From contig JAHPZH010000002.1 in NCBI GenBank assembly GCA_019058315.1, positions 909,910 through 973,909 on the forward strand: a stretch of 64,000 bases of DNA, read 5' to 3'. The stretch comes from Candidatus Helarchaeota archaeon (lineage in GTDB: Archaea > Asgardarchaeota > Lokiarchaeia > Helarchaeales > RDOG01). Position 1 is the first letter of the stretch. Each line of letters opens with the position of its first letter. Shown here piece after piece: positions 60,702 to 64,000 of this stretch. The notes below the pieces were generated by a model. That model was not told where the DNA came from, did no database searches, and saw only the letters and a program-made list of their open reading frames with translations. The position numbers were made by a program, and so were the translations under genes.

Positions 60702-61346
60702 TTAAATTTGTCTTTTTAATTCAATCAATACACCGCAATGTTCACATTCACAGGGCGGTAAATATTGTAAGGGTGCTTTACATGATGGACATTTTAAAGC
60801 AGCTAACTCAGATATTTTTATTTTTGAAGGCATTTCAATGAAAAATTTTTCAATTTTTCTGAATAATTCTTTTTGTTTTTCTTTTTCATCTTTTATCTTA
60901 GGATAATCTATTAATTGAACTAAATGTTCCCAAAATTGTAAGGATAGATCATCATAAACATTTACACCCCTTTGATAAAATATCCCATTTTTACTCTTTT
61001 TAGTAACAGTAATTCTTTCAAAAAAGATATAGAATTTCCTTTTGTCTTTAGTTAAGATTTCCAATTGATTTTCCTCGAATTTTGTAGGTTTAATATAAAT
61101 TTTAAGCCTATTAAATGATTCTATTTCGCCTATTGGAATTTTTATTAGATCTAATTTTGTGTCTTTTGGTTTAATTATTAAATCTTGATTTGTTAATTCT
61201 AATCTTGCATTTATTGCTTGCTCTTTAGGAATTATTTGGTTAATTGGTCCTTTCAATGAATATCTAATTTTCCGGTGTTTGAATATTACAAATTTCTCTT
61301 TAGATGATACTATTTCGATATTAGGTGATATTTCTTTTCTCATCAT
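60702..61346 (-). CDS. PH-like + C-terminal Zn-ribbon protein
   Basis: 'LELTNQDLIIKPK...IPIGEI'; CPSC...CEHCG. Confidence 0.65.
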   Translation of the reverse strand: MMRKEISPNIEIVSSKEKFVIFKHRKIRYSLKGPINQIIPKEQAINARLELTNQDLIIKPKDTKLDLIKIPIGEIESFNRLKIYIKPTKFEENQLEILTKDKRKFYIFFERITVTKKSKNGIFYQRGVNVYDDLSLQFWEHLVQLIDYPKIKDEKEKQKELFRKIEKFFIEMPSKIKISELAALKCPSCKAPLQYLPPCECEHCGVLIELKRQI

Positions 61347-61435
61347 AATCCAGCCCTATTCAAAAGTATTAATTCTGTCAAGAATTATTTTATAGGTATT
61401 AAAAAATCCTCTTAAAATTTTTTAGGAAAATAAAA

Positions 61436-62920
61436 TCATAAATTAAAAGTCGGTCTTTTATCTTGCCAAGGTGCTACTTCTTCAAAAGCTTTTGAAACTT
61501 GAAGCACAGTAACCTCGTCAAACCGCTTTCCGACAATTTGCATTCCAATAGGCAATCCATCGCTATGCCAACCACAGGGGATTGATGCTGCGGGATGCCC
61601 ACTCATATTAAATGGATAAGTATATGAGAGCCATTCACTAGTACCCACCTTTTTCCCATCAATTTCAACTAAATCAAAGAGTGTTTTATCTATCCCAATA
61701 GCTGTACGGCCTACAGTTGGGGTAATTAGTAAATCATATTTCTTAAAATGTCGAGCGATATTATTACAGATCATTTCAATTTGAATTTCCGCCCTTTTTA
61801 TGTCTTTAGCAGAAAATTGTTTTCCTAACTTAACCATTTGAGCTAGGACAGGATCAATCTTATCTTCCCAATCCTTTAATAGACGCATCGCATCCAAAAC
61901 GTAATAAAAACTTGAAGCCCAAACTACTCCTAAAACCATGAAGACATCTCTTATTTTTGGCAATTTTCGACCAAGAACCAATTCCTTAGAGTATGAAAGA
62001 TCGATTAGATCTGATTCTTCTACATCCCAACCAAATTGCTCAAATTTCTCAAGACCATTCAAAATACTTTTTTCAACTTCAGAATCAACTATTTTCGCAG
62101 CTAGGTTCATAGCATAACCGATTTTAAGTTTTTTGGGTGGTGGCTCCTGCATTTTTTCAAGGAAGCTATAGTTAGGTTTAGGAATTGATAATTTATCAGA
62201 GTCATCTTCTCCAACAATAACATCAAGCATCAATGCAGCATCTTTTACGCACCGAACTATTGGACCATTCTGAGTAAATGTTGAGATAGATCCTCCAAGT
62301 CTAGAAAAAAGATGAGGAACACGACCAAAATTAGGTTTAATTCCATAGGTGCCACAAAAGCTACAAGGGACTCTAATTGAACCTCCTCCGTCGCCTCCTA
62401 TAGCTAGAGGTCCTAACCCAGACGCGATTGCTGCGGCGGCACCACCACTCGAACCACCCGGAGTTCTTCCTAAATTCCAAGGGTTTTTTGTAGCCCCAAA
62501 AATTATATTGGTAGTAATGGGGGCATATCCAAAAGGGGGGAGATTGGTCTTCCCTAACATAACAATCCCTGAATTTTTCAACCTAGCAACTGCTATGTCA
62601 TCTTCTGTAGGAATATAACTTTCAAATATTTTACAACCAAAGGTTGATCTAATCCCTTTAGTTTCTAGTTCATCTTTTATAGAAGTTGGAATTCCATGTA
62701 ATAATCCTAATTTTTCACCTTTTTTAACGGCGTTATCAGCATTTTTTGCTGTTTCTCTTGCTAAATCAAATGTTAATGTACAATACGCATTAATAATCGG
62801 GTTAATTTTTTCAATTCTTTCGATAATTACCTCAGTTGCCTCTACAGAGGTCAATTCTTGACTCTTTATTTTCTCTACCATATCGCAGGCAGACATAAAA
62901 CAAATATCTTCTTTTCTCAT
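61436..62920 (-). CDS. Amidase-signature family amidase
   Basis: IKD, GKTN, PGGSSGG, DGGGSIRVP, GLPIGMQ. Confidence 0.95.
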   Translation of the reverse strand: MRKEDICFMSACDMVEKIKSQELTSVEATEVIIERIEKINPIINAYCTLTFDLARETAKNADNAVKKGEKLGLLHGIPTSIKDELETKGIRSTFGCKIFESYIPTEDDIAVARLKNSGIVMLGKTNLPPFGYAPITTNIIFGATKNPWNLGRTPGGSSGGAAAAIASGLGPLAIGGDGGGSIRVPCSFCGTYGIKPNFGRVPHLFSRLGGSISTFTQNGPIVRCVKDAALMLDVIVGEDDSDKLSIPKPNYSFLEKMQEPPPKKLKIGYAMNLAAKIVDSEVEKSILNGLEKFEQFGWDVEESDLIDLSYSKELVLGRKLPKIRDVFMVLGVVWASSFYYVLDAMRLLKDWEDKIDPVLAQMVKLGKQFSAKDIKRAEIQIEMICNNIARHFKKYDLLITPTVGRTAIGIDKTLFDLVEIDGKKVGTSEWLSYTYPFNMSGHPAASIPCGWHSDGLPIGMQIVGKRFDEVTVLQVSKAFEEVAPWQDKRPTFNL

Positions 62921-62937
62921 TTCTACATCACAAATTT

Positions 62938-63546
62938 TTAGTTCTGAAATTTATTATACATATTAATTGAAATCATCAATAAAAATGGGTGCATTGTAAA
63001 CACAGCAATCCATTCAATAATAAAAGTATTCACAGAAAGCACAAGAATTAAATTAAATGCTGCTACTACAAAACCATACAGTCCGATGTATTTATTTAAA
63101 TCAGGATGTCTATATACAAATAATCCTCCTAGGGATAAAACTAACACCATGGTTATGAAAAACGTTGTGGACCAAAAACCATGTTCACTCGGAAAATCTT
63201 CTGAAAAGATACCAATCATAATATCAGCAAATGCGGCAAATCCTCCAATTATTTGAATTATAATTAATAATACTCTATCCATTTTATTATCGAGATACCA
63301 TTGATAAAGACCAAAAATAAAAACGAAAAATGCTGAACCAGTTAAAATCTGACCAATATTATATACAATTGCACCATTAGGGTTGTAACTGGAATTGCCC
63401 AGATCACTCAACCAATTATAAAATGGATTAAACGGGTTTGCAAAAGGATTAATTGGATTTGGAAATAACGCCCAAGAGATAAAAGTGGCACTAAAGAAAA
63501 AAATACTGGTAATAAATCCAGCAATACTGCTTATTGGTTTTTTCAT
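62938..63546 (-). CDS. DUF998-like membrane protein
   Basis: NWLSDLG, IGIFSED, HG..S. Confidence 0.7.
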   Translation of the reverse strand: MKKPISSIAGFITSIFFFSATFISWALFPNPINPFANPFNPFYNWLSDLGNSSYNPNGAIVYNIGQILTGSAFFVFIFGLYQWYLDNKMDRVLLIIIQIIGGFAAFADIMIGIFSEDFPSEHGFWSTTFFITMVLVLSLGGLFVYRHPDLNKYIGLYGFVVAAFNLILVLSVNTFIIEWIAVFTMHPFLLMISINMYNKFQN

Positions 63547-63632
63547 TCAAATTCATCCCATTTAATAAATTAACATCTATTATTTTGTTTATTAATATTT
63601 CAGCAGTTAAAAAAAACAAAAAGACAAGTCTT

Positions 63633-64000
63633 TTATTTAGGTTTTAAGGCTTCTCCCAATAATTCATATAATAAAGTTATTATTTCATCTGGCTCTATAT
63701 TTTGCTTTTTTAAGAAATCTGTAGCTCTGATCACGTGTTCAATCATTGCAGAAGATAATAAGGATAATAAAATGCCTAATTTCATAGGATTAATATCTAA
63801 TCTCAATGATTTATCTTCAAATCCTAATCTCATAGTTTCCATAAATATCGCTTGCGTTCTTTTATTTTGATCATCATATTCCTTTACACTCTGGACTTTC
63901 TTATTAAAAAATTCTTCAGATATTCTCGATTCTACCTTAAATAAGAAATCAGCATATCCTGGATTGTTATTACAAAATTCTAAAAATGACATACCAATTA
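63633..64000 (-). CDS. Probable TetR/AcrR-family regulator, C-terminal part (runs off the window)
   Basis: 'GFEDKSLRLDINP' TetR C-domain pattern; frame open to the window edge. Confidence 0.6.
   Translation of the reverse strand, partial: IGMSFLEFCNNNPGYADFLFKVESRISEEFFNKKVQSVKEYDDQNKRTQAIFMETMRLGFEDKSLRLDINPMKLGILLSLLSSAMIEHVIRATDFLKKQNIEPDEIITLLYELLGEALKPK

Noticed and set aside
61436-62920. Calling the amidase gatA
   Set aside because: No gatB/gatC neighbours, and the sequence looks like a general amidase-signature enzyme.

Overview
Very AT-rich archaeal window that looks like Asgard/Lokiarchaeia. This is an inference from the longin-domain fusions, a Rab-like GTPase, PH-like/Zn-ribbon, LRR and TPR proteins, and an MvhG-like subunit. 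(1) 0-15 kb is a defence-like island: N4/N6 DNA methylase plus double-PLD nuclease, MNT, HNH and HEPN genes, and a three-gene operon (kinase-SF1 helicase, PLD-fold protein, ABC-ATPase-nitrilase fusion) resembling Mokosh type I with an extra gene. Dif/Xer-like direct repeats punctuate it. (2) 15-25 kb holds mixed metabolic and surface genes. (3) 25-37 kb is a chemosensory cluster (cheW, cheY, cheA, two unknown genes, cheW, cheC, cheR, cheB, pseudo-HK, MCP) with no cheF, cheD or archaellum genes. (4) 38-60 kb is a patchwork of unrelated genes separated by a co-oriented 31-bp intergenic repeat (TATACCCAATTTCAGACTTAACTGCGATTAT). There are seven full copies with 1,1,1,2,4,7,8 differences from left to right, plus a perfect half-site at the left edge. 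This polar, cassette-array-like structure is the strongest candidate for an undescribed system; no recombinase is visible in the window. Two separate genes also have their 3' end duplicated around a passenger ORF. All protein calls are from motifs read by eye, without database searches.
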